This document shows, in pieces, positions 11,562 through 25,189 of a stretch of 62,591 bases of DNA; positions within the stretch are counted from its first letter, which is position 1; every line of letters starts with the position of its first letter. Position numbers and translations under genes: made by a program. Source of the DNA: Chiloscyllium plagiosum. Its lineage: Eukaryota. Under the pieces are notes generated by a model, which searched no databases, was not told where the DNA came from, and saw only the letters and a program-made list of their open reading frames with translations. Where the stretch lies: positions 88,279,393 through 88,341,983 of the forward strand of contig NC_057719.1 of assembly GCF_004010195.1 (NCBI RefSeq), written 5' to 3'.

Positions 11562-13499
11562 TGACTGCTTTTTGGGCTGTGAAATCAGAATTAAGCCATT
11601 CGTTATAAGAATTTTTTTTGAATTTCTAGATTTTAATGTATAAATTTCTTGTGGGTAGTCTTGATAGCAGAAATTAACCAGTGGTTGTGACTGCTTCCTT
11701 TTGTCATTGATTATGGGAAGTATCCAGGTCAACTTTGTGAGTTAAACCACATTGCTGAAACGACTGACTTTACTACCCTCAACATTCACAAGCTAATATG
11801 TCAGCAATGAACCCTTCGTCATTCCCTATGGAAAATAGCAGGCTGGCGCATTTTATTTGGCAGAGCTATGCCTGAGATTGTGCAGGTAGTGACTGCTTTC
11901 TGGGCATCTTTTCCTGGCAACCTTTACTGCTTTGGTACCTCAATCAAGTAAGCAATCTTCATATCAGCCCACACAAGAAATGTCAATAGAGCTGTTACAC
12001 AGGGGCAGCCAAGTCCAATCTTGGCTTTGCCCAGTGTTCTGCCCTGTAGTTTCCAGCAGGAATCACTGAATCGTGATGAGGAGCTGACCCAAGGCTGATG
12101 CTTCCCAGCCTTCCCCAAACAGGAATGAAACCAGGAACCTTCTGTCAGTGGCTTTGCTGCACTAGGGGATGTTATCCCAGGCAAATAGGGGATCGGTAGC
12201 AAGGTGTTATTTGATTCCAAGTGGACACTGCATTTCATCAGGGAAAGCAAGCCCAAAACATACCCAAAGATTAATCTTTTAGTGTTGAGTTGTATTAACT
12301 TATTGAATGTTATGATGTCAATGACCTCGCCTCAAAGGATAACATTTGCACACAATCTTGTGTATTAAAAAATTGGGTACAGTGATGCTTTCTTGTGAAA
12401 ATTTTTTTTAGCATATTGAGCCATTTTTTAAAAAAATTACAAATATAAATTAGCAAACAGTGCACTAACTGTAAGCATATGATCAGTGGAGAGGCCACAA
12501 GAGTCTAGTTTTTGAAATTCTTATCTCTCCAACCTTCTACCAATTACCAGGTTGAAATCAGAAATGTTTCAATATGTACCATTGGCTTGGATAGGTGCAG
12601 TTGCCAACAATACATCTCATTTGGACATATATCACTGTTCCTTTATTGCTGCAAGCAGAATATTGGCAACTTGTGGAAATTTCCAAAAAAAAGGGCCCAA
12701 AGTCATTGAAAAGCAAGGATTGAGGGGAGACTTTCCTGACGTCCACCCAGCTGCACTTGCTTCAGAGTTGAGCCGCGGTTTATAAAAAAAAAATGCAAGG
12801 GAGGACAAGGTGACGTCCAAAATGGTACTGTGTGTGAAGAGAGAAGTAGAGTCGTATTGCACTTGGAACGTTAACTTTCTTTCTCCTTAGATGCTGCCAG
12901 ATCTGAATTGGTCCAGTACTTACTCTTACAGAACAGCATCTTTTGTTCTGAAGCCAGCGGGTACTTTTGCTGCTGTGATATTCCTCAATCCTGTGCCATA
13001 GTTAACTTTTATTGTCTAACTCTCAGGAAAGCTCCTTCAATATTTTAAATTATGCTGCTTGAGATTTGTATTTACAGGAAAACAGAGGCTGTCTTTTGAT
13101 ATGCTCTATTTCCCATCCAGCCATTGCTGCTCAGATTAGTCAACTCATGAATAAAGGCTGTTGTTCAGTAATGGGCCATTGTAGCTAGATTTGTCAGCAG
13201 CTTTTTGGGAATTAGTGTGTTCTGAGATGGAATCAACACTAGCTTTGCAGAGAGCCTAATTACACCTGAGGAAGAAACATTCAGGAAGTAGACAGCAGGC
13301 AAGTGTGGCTTTGTACAGACCTCTGAAGTCTGTGAATGTTAACAACTTCTGGAACCACAAACCAATACTGCAAATGTAGCAGAACAATTGGAGGGATGAC
13401 CCAAAAAAAGTCAACAAAAAATGTTGGAAGCAATAGTTTGATAATTGTGTGGAAAATGCTTTTGACTAGGGTTGCTGTGAATGGACAGAAATACGTAAA

Positions 13500-16330
13500 G
13501 GGAATGAGTAACTGCCCAAAATATTTGCAAGGATGTTACCAAGACTGGAGAGTTAGAGTTCGAAGGATAGGTTGGGACTTTTTTTTTTCCCCCTGGAGTG
13601 TTGAGGGGTGACCTTCTAGAGATTTATTAAACCATGAGAGGCATAGGTAAGGTGAATGGCAAAGGTTTTTCCCCTAGGGTAAGAGTTCAAAACTAGAGGG
13701 CATAGTTTTAATATGAGAGGGGAAAGATTTAAAAGGGATCTGAGGGGCAACTTCTCACCATGTTACATATATGGAATGAACTGCCAGAGAAAGTGGCAGA
13801 TACAAGTACAATTAGAACATTTAAAACAAATCTGGACAGCTACATAAATAGGAAATTTTAAAAGGGATATGGGATATGGAGTTTAATTTAGATTAATGAA
13901 GTGTTGCATTGTGGGAAAGCAAATCTTAGCAGGACTTATACACTTAATGGTAAGGTCCTCAGGAGTGTTGCTGAACAGAGAGACCTAGCTGAACAAAGAG
14001 CTCCTTGAAAGTAGTCACAGGCAGATAGGATAGTGAAGGAGGTGTTTGGTATGCTTTCCTTTATTCGTCAGATTATTGAGTATAGGAATTGGGAGGTCAT
14101 GTTGCGGCTGTATGGGACGTTGGGTTCGGCCACTTTTGGAATATTGCATGCAATTCTGGTCTCCTTCCTATTAGGAGGAAGTTGTGAAACTTGAAAGGGT
14201 TTAGAAAAGATTTAAAAGGATGTTGTCTGGGATGGAGGATTTGAGCTATAGGGAGAGGCTGAATAGGCTGGGGCTGTTTTCCCTGGAGCATTGGAAGTCT
14301 TTCCCTGAGGTGGGGGAGTCCAGAATGAGAGGGCATAGGTTTAAGGTGAGAGGAGAATGATATAGAAGAGACCTAAAGGGCCTCTCTTTCATGCAGAGGG
14401 TGGTGTGTGTTTGGAATGATCTGTCAGGAAATGGTGGAGGCTGGTACAATTGCAATATTTAAGTCATTTGGATGGGTATATGAATAAGAGGGGTTTGGAG
14501 GGATATGGGTCAGGTGTTGGGAAGTGGGACTAATTAGGTTGGGACATGTAGTCAGCCTGGACAAGTTGGACCGAAGGATCTGTCCCTTCTGTACATCTCT
14601 ATGACTCTGACCAACCCAGGCAACAGGCACCTTGGGAAACCAAGTTGGCACAGATGAGTTGTATTGAAGAGTCTGTTTCCAGGTTGTATGATTCTTTGAC
14701 TTTGACACAGGTATGGGAAATTATAGGTTATGGTTTATTTTTAAAATTCACCCATGGGATGTTTGTGGTAGTGGCTAGGCCAGCATTAATTGCCCATCCC
14801 TATTCACCTTTGAGAAGGTGGTGGTGAACTACCTTCTTGATCCACTGAAGTGTATTTGGTGTAGATAGTATTTGGGAAGCCTTTAAAAACCAGCAGAGCT
14901 TTTTTTTAAAAATAAAAGCAATGAGAGTAGATGAAATATTAGAGTAAACCAGCTAATAGCATAAAAAGGAGACTGCAAGAGTTTTTAAAAATATATAAAA
15001 GATGAGGCAGGACTAGACATTGGACTGCTGGAAAATAAAATTGGAGCAGTAGTAATGGGAAACAGAACGGCAGAAAAATGGATTAGGTACTTTGTATCTG
15101 TCTTCAGAGTGGAAGAAACCGGTAGTATATCAGAACTGAGTTTAGGGAACAGGAGAGTAGTGGCCATCACTAAGTTGGTGGCTCTGGGGAAGCTGAAAGG
15201 CCTGAAGGTGAATAAATCTGCCGGGATTCTGAAAAAGATAGCTAAGGAATTTGTGGAGGTGTTGGTGATGATCTTTTAGGAATCACTTGAGTCAGTGAGG
15301 GTCACAGAGAGCTGGAAATGGCTAATGGAGCACCTGCTGAGGGAGGCCAGTTAGCCTGACCTCAGTCATTGGTAAGATTTTTGAGAGTCCATTATTAAGG
15401 GTGAGATTGTGGTGGATTTGGAAATGTGTGGTAAAATAGAGCTGAGTCAACACTGCTTTGACAAGGGGAGGTCATGTCTGACAATGTAATAGGGCATTGT
15501 TACTAAGTTTGCAAATAATGCAAAAATAGGTGGAGAGGCAAGTGTTGAAAAAGCAGGGAGGTTGCAGAAGGACTTGGACAGACAGTGAGCAGAGTAGCAG
15601 CAGGTGGAATACAATGTGGGAAAATGTGAGGTTATGCAATTTGGTAGGAAGAATAGAGGCATAAATACAGAAAAGCTGCAGAAATCTGAAGCACAAAATG
15701 ACTCTGGAGTCCTTGGTTTTATATTCTCAAGTTTAACATGCATGTTTGGCAATTAGGAAGGCAAACGCAGTGTTAACATTTCATTTCAAGAGGGCGAAAA
15801 CTCTTAGGGATGTATTGCCGAAGCTCTATAAGGCTCTGCTTTGGGCCTAAAATTTAAAAAAGGATGTGCTGACCCTAGAGAGCATCTAGAGGATGTTCAC
15901 AAGAGTCATTTCAGGAATGAAGGAGTGGTCAAGGATTTTGTATCTGTACTTGAAGGATTTTAGAAGGACAAGGAGGGGCTTCATTGAAACTTGCAGAATG
16001 CTGAGACCGAGATAGAGTGGACAGGAGATGATGTTTATACCAATAGAAGACACTAGGACCAGAGGGTTCAGCCTCAGTGAAGGGAAGACCTTTTAGAACG
16101 GAGATGAGGAATTTCTTTAACCAGAGGGTGGTGACTCTGTGACAGTCATTGCTGCAGAAGGCTATGGAGGTCAAGTCATTGAGTGTCTTTAAGACAGAAA
16201 TAGCTGAGTTGTTAATCAGTAAGTAATCAAGGAATATAGGAGAAGGCAGGAGAATGGGATTGAGAAACATTAGCTGAACAGACATGGGCTGAATGGCCTA
16301 TTTCTGCTCTTATAGCTTATGATCTTCTAA
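13500..16330 (+). mobile_element. Cluster of decayed CR1 LINE fragments between HAUS2 and VPS18
   Basis: CR1 RT/3' motifs (PLLEYCMQFWSP-like; tail aagttggaccgaagg...ctctatgactct) with many stops. Confidence 0.8.
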
Positions 16331-16557
16331 ATCCTCAATGGCTGGGAGGTTGAGGCTTTGAACCCATTGACACTAAAGTAACAGCAATATATGTTCAAGT
16401 CAGGATGGTGAGTGGCTCAGTGTGAAACTTGCTGTAATGACATTCTACCAAGTGCAAACAACTTCTGCAAAACTGGATTTCCAAATCAATGAAAACCAAC
16501 CAATATTTAACAAGAACATGTATGTCACAAAGCAATGTGACTGGCCAATTTTTTTTT

Positions 16558-16780
16558 TAGATTAGATTAAATTACAGTGTGGAAACAGGCCCTTCGGCCC
16601 AACAAGTCCACACCAACCCGCCGAAGCNNNNNNNNNNNNNNNNNNNNNNNNNNNNNNNNNNNNNNNNNNNNNNNNNNNNNNNNNNNNNNNNNNNNNNNNN
16701 NNNNNNNNNNNNNNNNNNNNNNNNNNNNGTCTCTGGCGCTGTGAGGCAGCAGTGCTAACCACTGTGCCACCGTGCCGCCC
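16558..16780 (-). mobile_element. Young HE1-like SINE spanning an N gap
   Basis: Both visible ends are nearly identical to the copy at 47745-48046. Confidence 0.85.
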
Positions 16781-17443
16781 ACCAATTTATTGTTCAGCAT
16801 TAAGTTTTGCATTAAATAAAACAAACATATGTTTAATTTAAATTCTTGTTTTAAAGGGTTTGTGGAATTTTCAGAACATTTCTGGGAGAAGGGTGACCTC
16901 AAGTGGAATGGTTGATGACCTCTGACTTATAACATTACTATGGCACTTCAAGCAAGTTCTTTTAAAGCACCTATTTAGGAGCAGAAATTCATTTTTTTTT
17001 AAAACTCCAAACTTAAAGATGGCAGGTTTTGCTTCCCAAAATGTCATTAAGTAAACTATTTAGGTTCTCAAAATGACAGATTCGTGGTCACTTTTACCAG
17101 TGTGAACATTTTATTCCCCCGTTGCATAAACTGGATCGGATTTGTGAATTTGTATGGTGGGAATCTAGATGGTTAATCCAGTAACAATAACCACAATTTC
17201 ACATGATGCATTTTTCCTGGATTTCAATGCCAGAATGACTTGGACTACATAAAACTTTAACTGTACAAGGTGTTTACAATTTATTTGCTCCCATTGGGTA
17301 GCTACGCCAGCTTTGAATATTCAGCAGTGTAGAAGCATCAGTTACAAGTGCAAATAGTAACACTACAAGTCCCAATATTTGAGGTGCTGGTTCAGCACAG
17401 AACAGCCCGCAGATTGGGAGAGCAATTGTACCAGAGAACAAAC

Positions 17444-18166
17444 TTATAGCCAGCTGTTATTCTCCTCTTCATATTTCTGTGGGTTGATAAAAGGTTTGTC
17501 TATTGATTTAATTGTCAGTTCTCCACAATAAATGCACTCGGCTGCCACAATATCATCAATGTCAGCTTTGATCTGATCACGGGACTGTTGTCCCTTGTGA
17601 CTGCCCTCTCCTCCTTCCTTTGGCCGCTGCCGGGACTTCACTTGGTTGCTGGTCACCAGCTTTTTCTGCAGCTCCTCCAGCCTGGTCTGCTTGAAAGGGG
17701 AGAGGTGAGGAATCACTTCCTGTAGGAGGCAGTCCGAATGGAACATGTGGCCACACAGGAATAGGTAGAACGGGCGGTTCAGCAGTGGGAAGTCACACGA
17801 GGCGCATTTCTCCTGAGACTCCACCACACCATACTTGTTTCTCATCTCCTGGATATCTTCCCGGATTCGTTTGGCACTCTCTGTCGCCTCCTCCATCTCC
17901 TGCTTGAGCTCGTCGATGTGCTTGTTATACTCCTGCAGGGAGCTGCAGATGGCCTCCTTAAAATGGTCAATGGTCACAAAATCTGGAAAGAAGGGCAGAA
18001 TGTCTTCAATCTTCAGCAGGTTACAGCTGGATAAACAAACCATGGCCTTCTTGACATCCTTCTCCTCTTGGACTACATGACGGGCAATCTTCAGCCACAG
18101 CTTCTTACGAAGCTCCTCATCTTCCTCCGGCATGTCTGCACATGACTTAGCAAGATCTACATCCAT
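17444..18166 (-). CDS. VPS18: VPS18 terminal coding exon (coiled coil plus RING-H2)
   Basis: DVDLAKSCADMPEEDEELRKKLWLKIARHVV...CASCDFPLLNRPFYLFLCGHMFHSDC...ECIYCGEL...SWL*, highly similar to human VPS18; acceptor AG at 18168-18167. Confidence 0.98.
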   Translation of the reverse strand: MDVDLAKSCADMPEEDEELRKKLWLKIARHVVQEEKDVKKAMVCLSSCNLLKIEDILPFFPDFVTIDHFKEAICSSLQEYNKHIDELKQEMEEATESAKRIREDIQEMRNKYGVVESQEKCASCDFPLLNRPFYLFLCGHMFHSDCLLQEVIPHLSPFKQTRLEELQKKLVTSNQVKSRQRPKEGGEGSHKGQQSRDQIKADIDDIVAAECIYCGELTIKSIDKPFINPQKYEEENNSWL

Positions 18167-18289
18167 CTGTTTTTATAAAGACATTCAACAGTCATAAGGA
18201 GAACAGAGACAGAACATTCATGCCCAGAAGGGCCAACTGCTATTCAAATGCTTTAGACCACAAGGATACTGTCCATCTACCTGTGGACT

Positions 18290-18762
18290 AGAATCATAGA
18301 ATCTGTACTGAAAGAGGCCATTTGGCCCATCAAGTACACACCAAACCTCCACAAAGAGCGTCTCACCCAGACCCACCCTACTCTTGCATTTTCCCAAGTC
18401 TATTCCACCTAGCCTGCACTATGGGTAATTTAGCACAGCCAATCCACCTAACTTGTACATCTTTGGACTAGGGGAGGAAACTCTCAGACACTGAGAATGT
18501 GCAAAGTCCACACAGACAGACAGTCACCTAAGGGTGGAATCAAACCCAGATCCCTGCCACTGAAACAGCAGTGCTAACCACTGTCGATATAGTGTGTTGC
18601 TGGAAAAGCACAGCAGGTCAGGCAGCATGAGGAGCAACAGAGTCGACATTTCCAGCTTAACCTTTCATCAAGGCTCCACCTCAATATCTTCAGATTCCCT
18701 GCCCCCCACAACTTCATCAGAGAACCTTTCAACTAGTGCTAACCACTGAGCCACCATGCCCC
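18290..18762 (-). mobile_element. HE1-like SINE carrying a nested Penelope terminal-repeat insertion (18584-18734)
   Basis: 14-bp TSD AGTGCTAACCACTG at 18570-18583 and 18735-18748 inside the SINE head. Confidence 0.8.
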
Positions 18763-20026
18763 CTGAATGACCTAGCTCTCAGTTTGAAGTTATACATCCC
18801 CTAACTCTATTCTGGACTTACTGCACCAGAAGACGTTTCTTGCTTTCAATCAGATTCTTTGACCATCTGAAATATCTTAATTAGATCCCCTCACCCCAAT
18901 TTTCTAAATTCAAATGGAATAAAAGTCTAGTCTGCATTACCTATCTTCATATCCTTTAACCCCAGTATTATTTTAGTGACTGTCAAGTCTCAAGTGTTAT
19001 TTTTTGATATTGTTTAGTTCATAATATTCAGCTCAAAGGTCAATTGCACTTGCACTATTTTTAGTGTGCTTTTTTAAAAATCATAGGGGTCACATTAAAC
19101 AAAAAAAACACAAACATTACCAAGCAATATTTACATTGCTAGGATACCTAGCCCATTTAGTTTATTGGAAAAAAAAAGATAATGTTAGTTTATTATAAGT
19201 TCTAACCCATGTTAAATTGTTAGAAGAAAATTCAAAGAGGTTATATTTCAGATGTGGTTTGACAACTCTCTAGATCGCTAAATGTGCTATTTACATTTCA
19301 TCTAATTATGTTTAACAAAAAAGTGGGGTTCAGTACAAAAGCGATGATTTTAAAAAGCATGTTGTAAGAAGCACATGGAAGAGTATAAGTATTTCTTGTT
19401 GCCTCCTTGTCTCACTCAAATTGAGAATCCATGCTACAGTCTTTAAATGCACAACTCAGATGTCTGATGGCAGCAAGAATTTAGACAGTTTTTTAAAATA
19501 TTGTGTAAATCAAGTATTTCACTCCTATTTTGTGAAATTATATATTCTGTAAATAAATTCAATTACAAGTTTTAAACTGAATAATACAGTGAGCTGAGAG
19601 AGATTTTCAAACTTTTAGAGCAGACAGGCATAAATTACTTTTGCGATTCAAAATGGGGAAGTTTTAGAACCAAAAGGATGTAGAGTTGCCATGGCAATGT
19701 CAACACTTTGAAAGGAGTCGAAATTGTAGAAACGTCCTAAATACTCCAAGATAAATTGGGGTGTTCCTGGCTAGTTTTAGCTAATAGAGATAGAAGTAGG
19801 CTGTTTTGGCGCTTTATGCTGCTTCACTTTTTAATGAGACCATGGCTGATCTGTGGCCTAACTCTATATACCTACCTTTGGTCCATACCCCTTTATAACT
19901 TTCCTTCACAAAAAATGATCTAACAGATTTAAAATTAGCAACTGATCCAACATCCACTGCTGTTTGTGGTAGAGACTCCAAACCTCTACCACCCTTTGTG
20001 TAGAAGCACTTCCTAACATCTCTCCT

Positions 20027-20140
20027 CATTCCTGATGGAAGGCTTTTGTGTGAAATGTCGATTCTCCTGCTCCTCAGATGCTGCCTGACCTGCTGTGCTT
20101 TTCCAACACCACACTCTTGACTCTAATCTCACTTTTGCCT
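20027..20140 (+). mobile_element. Family A Penelope terminal-repeat monomer inserted in a CR1 fragment, degenerate hammerhead
   Basis: TSD ATCTCTCCT (20018-20026, 20141-20149); begins cattcCTGATGG...GAAAtGTC. Confidence 0.75.
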
Positions 20141-22352
20141 ATCTCTCCTGAACAGTCTGGCCCTAATTCTCAGACTATGCCCACTAGTTCTGGAATCCCC
20201 AGTGGAAAACAATTTATCTTTATCTCCCTGTCTTTTTGTTAGCATCTTGAAGACTTTGAGCAAATCACCCATTAACATTCTAGATTGTAGAGAGGGCAGG
20301 CCTAATTTGTTTAATGTCTTCTCAAACTTAACCTGGTTTCATTTGTGTAAACCTATGTTATTCTTCCTAAGATGTCTATATCTGCACAAATTATTCTAAA
20401 GTGGGGTCTAATCACAAATTTTGTAAAACTGCAGCATCACTTCTGCATCCTCCAGTCTTCTTAATATAAAGGCCATTAGCTATCAATTATTTTCTTTTTC
20501 TATTCATAGCATTTTAAAGATCTATGCATCTAAACCCACACGTGATTTAGGACAATAACTATTTAACTTTATACCAGCTAGAAAGTACCTGTATCCTTTT
20601 TTGGTCCAAATATGTAACCTCACACTTATTACATATTGATATTTTAAAACTTATATTTTGATACCTTTAATATAGTTTGCTCACTCAGAGTAAGCTGGCA
20701 GGAAGAAGATATGTTATAAAAGTGATTTGAAAATAGTAATTTATTTTGAAATAGCAATCCCCAACATTTTGGGCTGTTAAGAGATGTTGTCATCTGAAGG
20801 TCCAAATGTTCCATCTAACTGCAAGAGTCTGGTTCCTGACTAAGCAAAATGTCTGCTTCCTTTATCACAGAGTTAGCTTCCACACAATAGTTGTATGATT
20901 CAAGTTACAGCACATTAAAGACCCTGGTATCTTAGATTTGAGGGGAAGCAATTTATCAGACAGCACCACTTTACTGCCCGAGGGAGGTGTGTCTTTGCAG
21001 CAAGCAGCAGCAGTATTTTAGAAGTCTGAATTGGATTAACTCTGAAAGGCTGGACTGGTGAAAATGAGTCCATTTTGGAGTCAATTCCACCTTTGTGGTC
21101 AGGCCTCCCCATACAAAAACCATTCATTAGTCTGAAACTGCCTGGATTTAACGGAATAGAGACAGACTGATTTAAAGCAATTCTAACAGAGATTTAGAAG
21201 GTTTGAAAGAAAAAAGAACAGGAGTAGGCCATTCATCTGGAACTACTCTGCTCTGTCATTAGATAATGGCTGATGTAATTGCAGCCCCTACTCCTTTCCC
21301 TAGACTCTCCCTCTCTCCTGCTCTGTCACAGCAATATCTGTAACACTTCATTGTATTCCACAAATATGCACAGTTGGGAACATGGCACTGTATGAATGTA
21401 ACATCCAATATAGAGCAGAACCACATGACAGAGGAAACTTTACTTTCTGTTTACTTTTAGTTTAAAAGAGGAGAGGAAACTTTACTCTGCATCTAACCCT
21501 GTGCTGTCCCTGTCCTGGGAGTGTTTGGTGGCTTTACTCAGTTTAAAAGAATAGAGCAGAACCACACAAAGCAAAAAGGATAAAGTTTCCAAGCTATGGT
21601 CACTAGTTCATGGTGAATTAATTAGTTTTACTTGAGATCAGAGCTAGACGCAACCAATCTCAGTAACGGGAAGCTAGTAGAATCAGTTTCAAATGCCACT
21701 CCCACAAACCAAAGCACAAAATCCAGGCTGACACATCAATACCATACTGAGGAAGTGCTGCACTATCAGACAGCCTTCTTTCAAATGAAATTAAATTTGC
21801 AGAAATGCAAGCTCTTTGTAACGAGCAAGGAGCTGAGGATCAATGAGGCGAGCACGGTGGCTCAGTGGTTAGCACTACTGCCCCCCCTGCTACAGGGACC
21901 CCGGATCCAACCCCAGCCTTGGGTGATTGTGCGGATTTTGATATTCTCTCTGGGCCTGTATGGGATTCCACAGGTGATCTGGTTTCCTCCCACTTTCCAA
22001 AGATGTACAGGATAAGTAGAATGACTATGCTAAGTTACCCATAGTGGCAAGGGTTATGCAGACTAGGCAGGTTAGCCATTGAAATGCAGGAGGTTTTTTT
22101 ATTCATTTGTAGGACTTTGGCGTCACTGGCTGGCCAGCATTGATAGCCCATCCTTATTTGCCCTTGAGAAGGTGGTGGTGAGCTGCCTTGAATTCTTTAC
22201 AGGGGTGTGGGTCTGGGTGGGATGCTGTTTGGAGGGTCATTGTGGATTCAATGGGCTGAAAGGCCTGCTTCCACACTGTAGGGATTCTATGATCCTCAAT
22301 CCCAATCACAGTAACTATTGCAAGAAGAACAGCAACCAAAAATCTAACATAC

Positions 22353-24211
22353 CTGCAGTGCAAGATCTACCGCCTCTTCGTATAATTCCATTGTCTTATA
22401 AATGTGCACACAGGCCTGGCGGTGACCATTCTCTGCACACAGGCGCAGTGCATACTTCAGGTCGTAATGAATGTGGTTTGTATCCGACCCAGCTTGTTCC
22501 AGGTACCACAGCAGGGCCTTGGGCTTGTACTTGGCGTACAGAGACAGCAGGTAATTGTGAATTGCCTGGTCGGTGACATTCAGATCGTGTACGCAGAACT
22601 CCAGGTAGCGGATAGCTTCACCAATCTGTTCCGAGCTGCCGATCTGGCTGTAGTTGACCAGCGCCGGGATGAGGCTCTTGGGAACCAGCCGCCTCCGCAT
22701 GGTGATCCATGCATCCACCACCAGCTTAGGAATGTGCTGCATGAGGACGGGGGAGAACTTATAGAAGAGAGAAGGGTCCTGGTACTTGGACATGACCTCC
22801 AGAGCTGCACTATAGTCATCATGCTGGCAATGGTGGGCCACAACCCGTTCATAATCCTGCATGATCACAGAGAAGAACACCATGTCCACTACGTTGCCAT
22901 GGCTAGCCAAAAGGTCATAGATGGTCGAGCGGTTGTTGAGCAGGCACTCTTTAATCTTGGAGCTGCTCAGAAACTGTCGGAACTCCTCCCTCGTCGCATC
23001 AAACTGGCTCTGCTTGCTCTCATCGCCTTCAAACATGCCCAGCCAGTTCAGATAGATCTCAGTGAGCCAGCTCACCAACAAGGTCATCTGTGTTTTGTCC
23101 TCCAGCTTCAGATTCTTCAGCTTTTTCAGCAGAAACTCCTTCAGTGCCTCCTCTTGTTTGGCTTCGATGAACTTCAGCGCAATCTCCTCAAAGTACCTCT
23201 GCGTCAGAGCATAGTATTTGGCGCTTTCCACGTACTTCTTATTCTGAAAGCAGTGGTCAGCTTCCTTGGCAAGCACAGCATCCAGGCACTCAGGCCGGTC
23301 TTTGCAGTATTCCTTCGCCAGGTCAAACTTGCCCATGTTCATGTACATCTGCCAGACATCCCGCGATTCTTTCTGAACGTGGTACCGGAAAACAGCCTTC
23401 TCCGTGTAGATCCAGATCAACCCAGCCACAGAATCCTTGACCATCCGCAGGAGCCGGCCAAACTTGTCAGGGAACACGTCCTCGAAGACCAGCTGCCCGT
23501 TCAGCGTGCAAATGGCCTTCACCCTGTCAGAGAGTAGCAGCAGGAAGTGAAACTGGGTCAGGACAATAGAGCGGGGAGGCTCGGTGTCTGCCGAGTACTC
23601 CCAGACCTTCAGGTCACTCAGAAGGGAGTCAGGCCTGCTGTAATCAAGGGTGCCGTACAGGACGCCGTTACCCATCATCCAGGCAAAGGAGCGTGGACTG
23701 GATCGCAGTTTGGAGGTGTAAAAAGAGATCTCACTGTAGCCCAGGCTGACTGGGAACTCCTGGAAACTGGGCAAAGAGTCAGCATACTGGTTGAAGATGG
23801 GCTGGAATACCTGCTGTTCGCTGGCCTCTGGGGCCTTCCCGACAAACTGGTACAACCGCTTGCGAGTGGTGGCAATGACGAAGAATCTCGCATCAATGCT
23901 GCGCTCAATCTCCAGGCAGCAGACAGGAGCCGGGGAGCCGTCCTCTTCCAGGCTGTAAACGTACTTGAAGTACTGATCAGGACTGGAGTTAAACAGCCGA
24001 TCCTCTGAGACCACAATCTCCGCTTCGTACATCTGACCTTGGCTGGTTCCAACCAGAATGGGGCCGGTGTTGCTCTCACTCCCCATGTGCTTGTTCCAGC
24101 CTACACTCTCAATTAAATGGCCCTTCCAGCGGGAGAGGCTTCTCATTTTCTGAGAATTCCTGTTCACGTAAAGACACTCGCTGGACGTAAGGCTGATCAG
24201 GAGATGGGATC
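22353..24211 (-). CDS. VPS18: VPS18 large internal coding exon (Pep3/Vps18 and clathrin-repeat region), 1859 bp
   Basis: GSHLLISLTSSECLYVNRN...HYDLKYALRLCAENGH...YEEAVDLALQ matches human VPS18; acceptor ctgttgcag, donor CAG|GTATGT; phase 1-0. Confidence 0.98.
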
Positions 24212-25097
24212 CTGCAACAGGGAGCAAATACATCACACTGAACACTGAGCTGAATCTCAAAATGTCATTCATTAGAGTTTTGTGGTGCTCAGATGGGAGA
24301 CGAGGCATATAAAATGTAATCATTTTAAATGTGCTATTCCGACACAATTTTTTTGTCTTCAGTACCCCAGGGAGGAGAATTAGCCAGGGTTCATGTCCCA
24401 AAGAACTATCCAGTTCAGGTCAGGTCATACGTCTGCTCAGTTATAATCCCTCCACAACTGAAAGTCATGAATGCACTTCATCTGGGCTCACGAGAACAGG
24501 GACTAGAACACACACACACAACCCCACCTCATGCTAGGAAAGAGCAAGTGCCTCAAGATAGGTGTAACATTTGGGGAAACGTCAGTGTTTCGTTTCAGAA
24601 ACATGATATTGAATGCAAGGCTGACTGGCACAACTGCTCACTTACTGAGCAGATGGGAGGCTGCTTGCTAGATATGGATAAACTGGGATCATCACATCAA
24701 CTCATATTCATCCAGTGCCTTTAAGATAACAGGACACCCTAAGCCCTTTGACAGGAGCACAGTTTGACCAAAGTTAACACTGAACCAAAGAAACCAGTGT
24801 TCAAAAGTTTGATCAGAGGTAGATTTTTGAGGAAGAGAGGGCAGCAGAAAATCAGAAATATAGGAGGGAGTTCCAGATCTTAGGGCCTTAGCAACAGTTA
24901 ATGGTAGTGCATTAAAGGTGGAGAAATGATGGAGGCTAGAATTAGAGGTGCTCAGAGTTGCATAGCTGGAAATTACAGAGAAGGGAGAGGGAGCAATTGA
25001 ATTCAAGGTGTTGATTTTACAAGTCACGTACAGCAGAAGTCAATGTGTGCCCAGGGAGCCTGTCACCCCACAACAAAAGGAAGTACAAGCACCGTAC

Positions 25098-25189
25098 CAG
25101 AGGGGTCCAGAAACAATTTGTGGGTCCTGGCATCGTCTTTGCGCCCCAGTTCAATCTGGTTTGGTTGGTCAGGTTTTCCTAAATCAATC
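25098..25189 (-). CDS. VPS18: VPS18 92-bp coding exon (RIDLGKPDQPNQIELGRKDDARTHKLFLDPSG)
   Basis: Matches human IDLGKANEPNHVELGRKDDAKVHKMFLDHTG; AG/GT, phase 2-1 joins in frame to 24211. Confidence 0.95.

Noticed and set aside
16628-16728. 101-N gap as a structural feature
   Set aside because: Assembly gap within one SINE; comparison with the 47745 copy suggests about 190 bp are missing
19685-19698. Near-palindromic X-box GTTGCCATGGCAAT in a VPS18 intron
   Set aside because: Single short motif without promoter context; could be chance
22404-24008. Long + strand ORFs (377 aa, 153 aa)
   Set aside because: Antisense shadows of the VPS18 exon caused by codon bias; no recognisable protein
24212-24401. 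N-terminal 63 aa of the 685-aa ORF
   Set aside because: Intronic read-through upstream of the acceptor at 24213-24212; VPS18 homology starts at GSHLL
24692-24730. LDEYE resembling the VPS18 N-terminus
   Set aside because: Lies in the intron between exons 3 and 4 (wrong order) and has no flanking similarity
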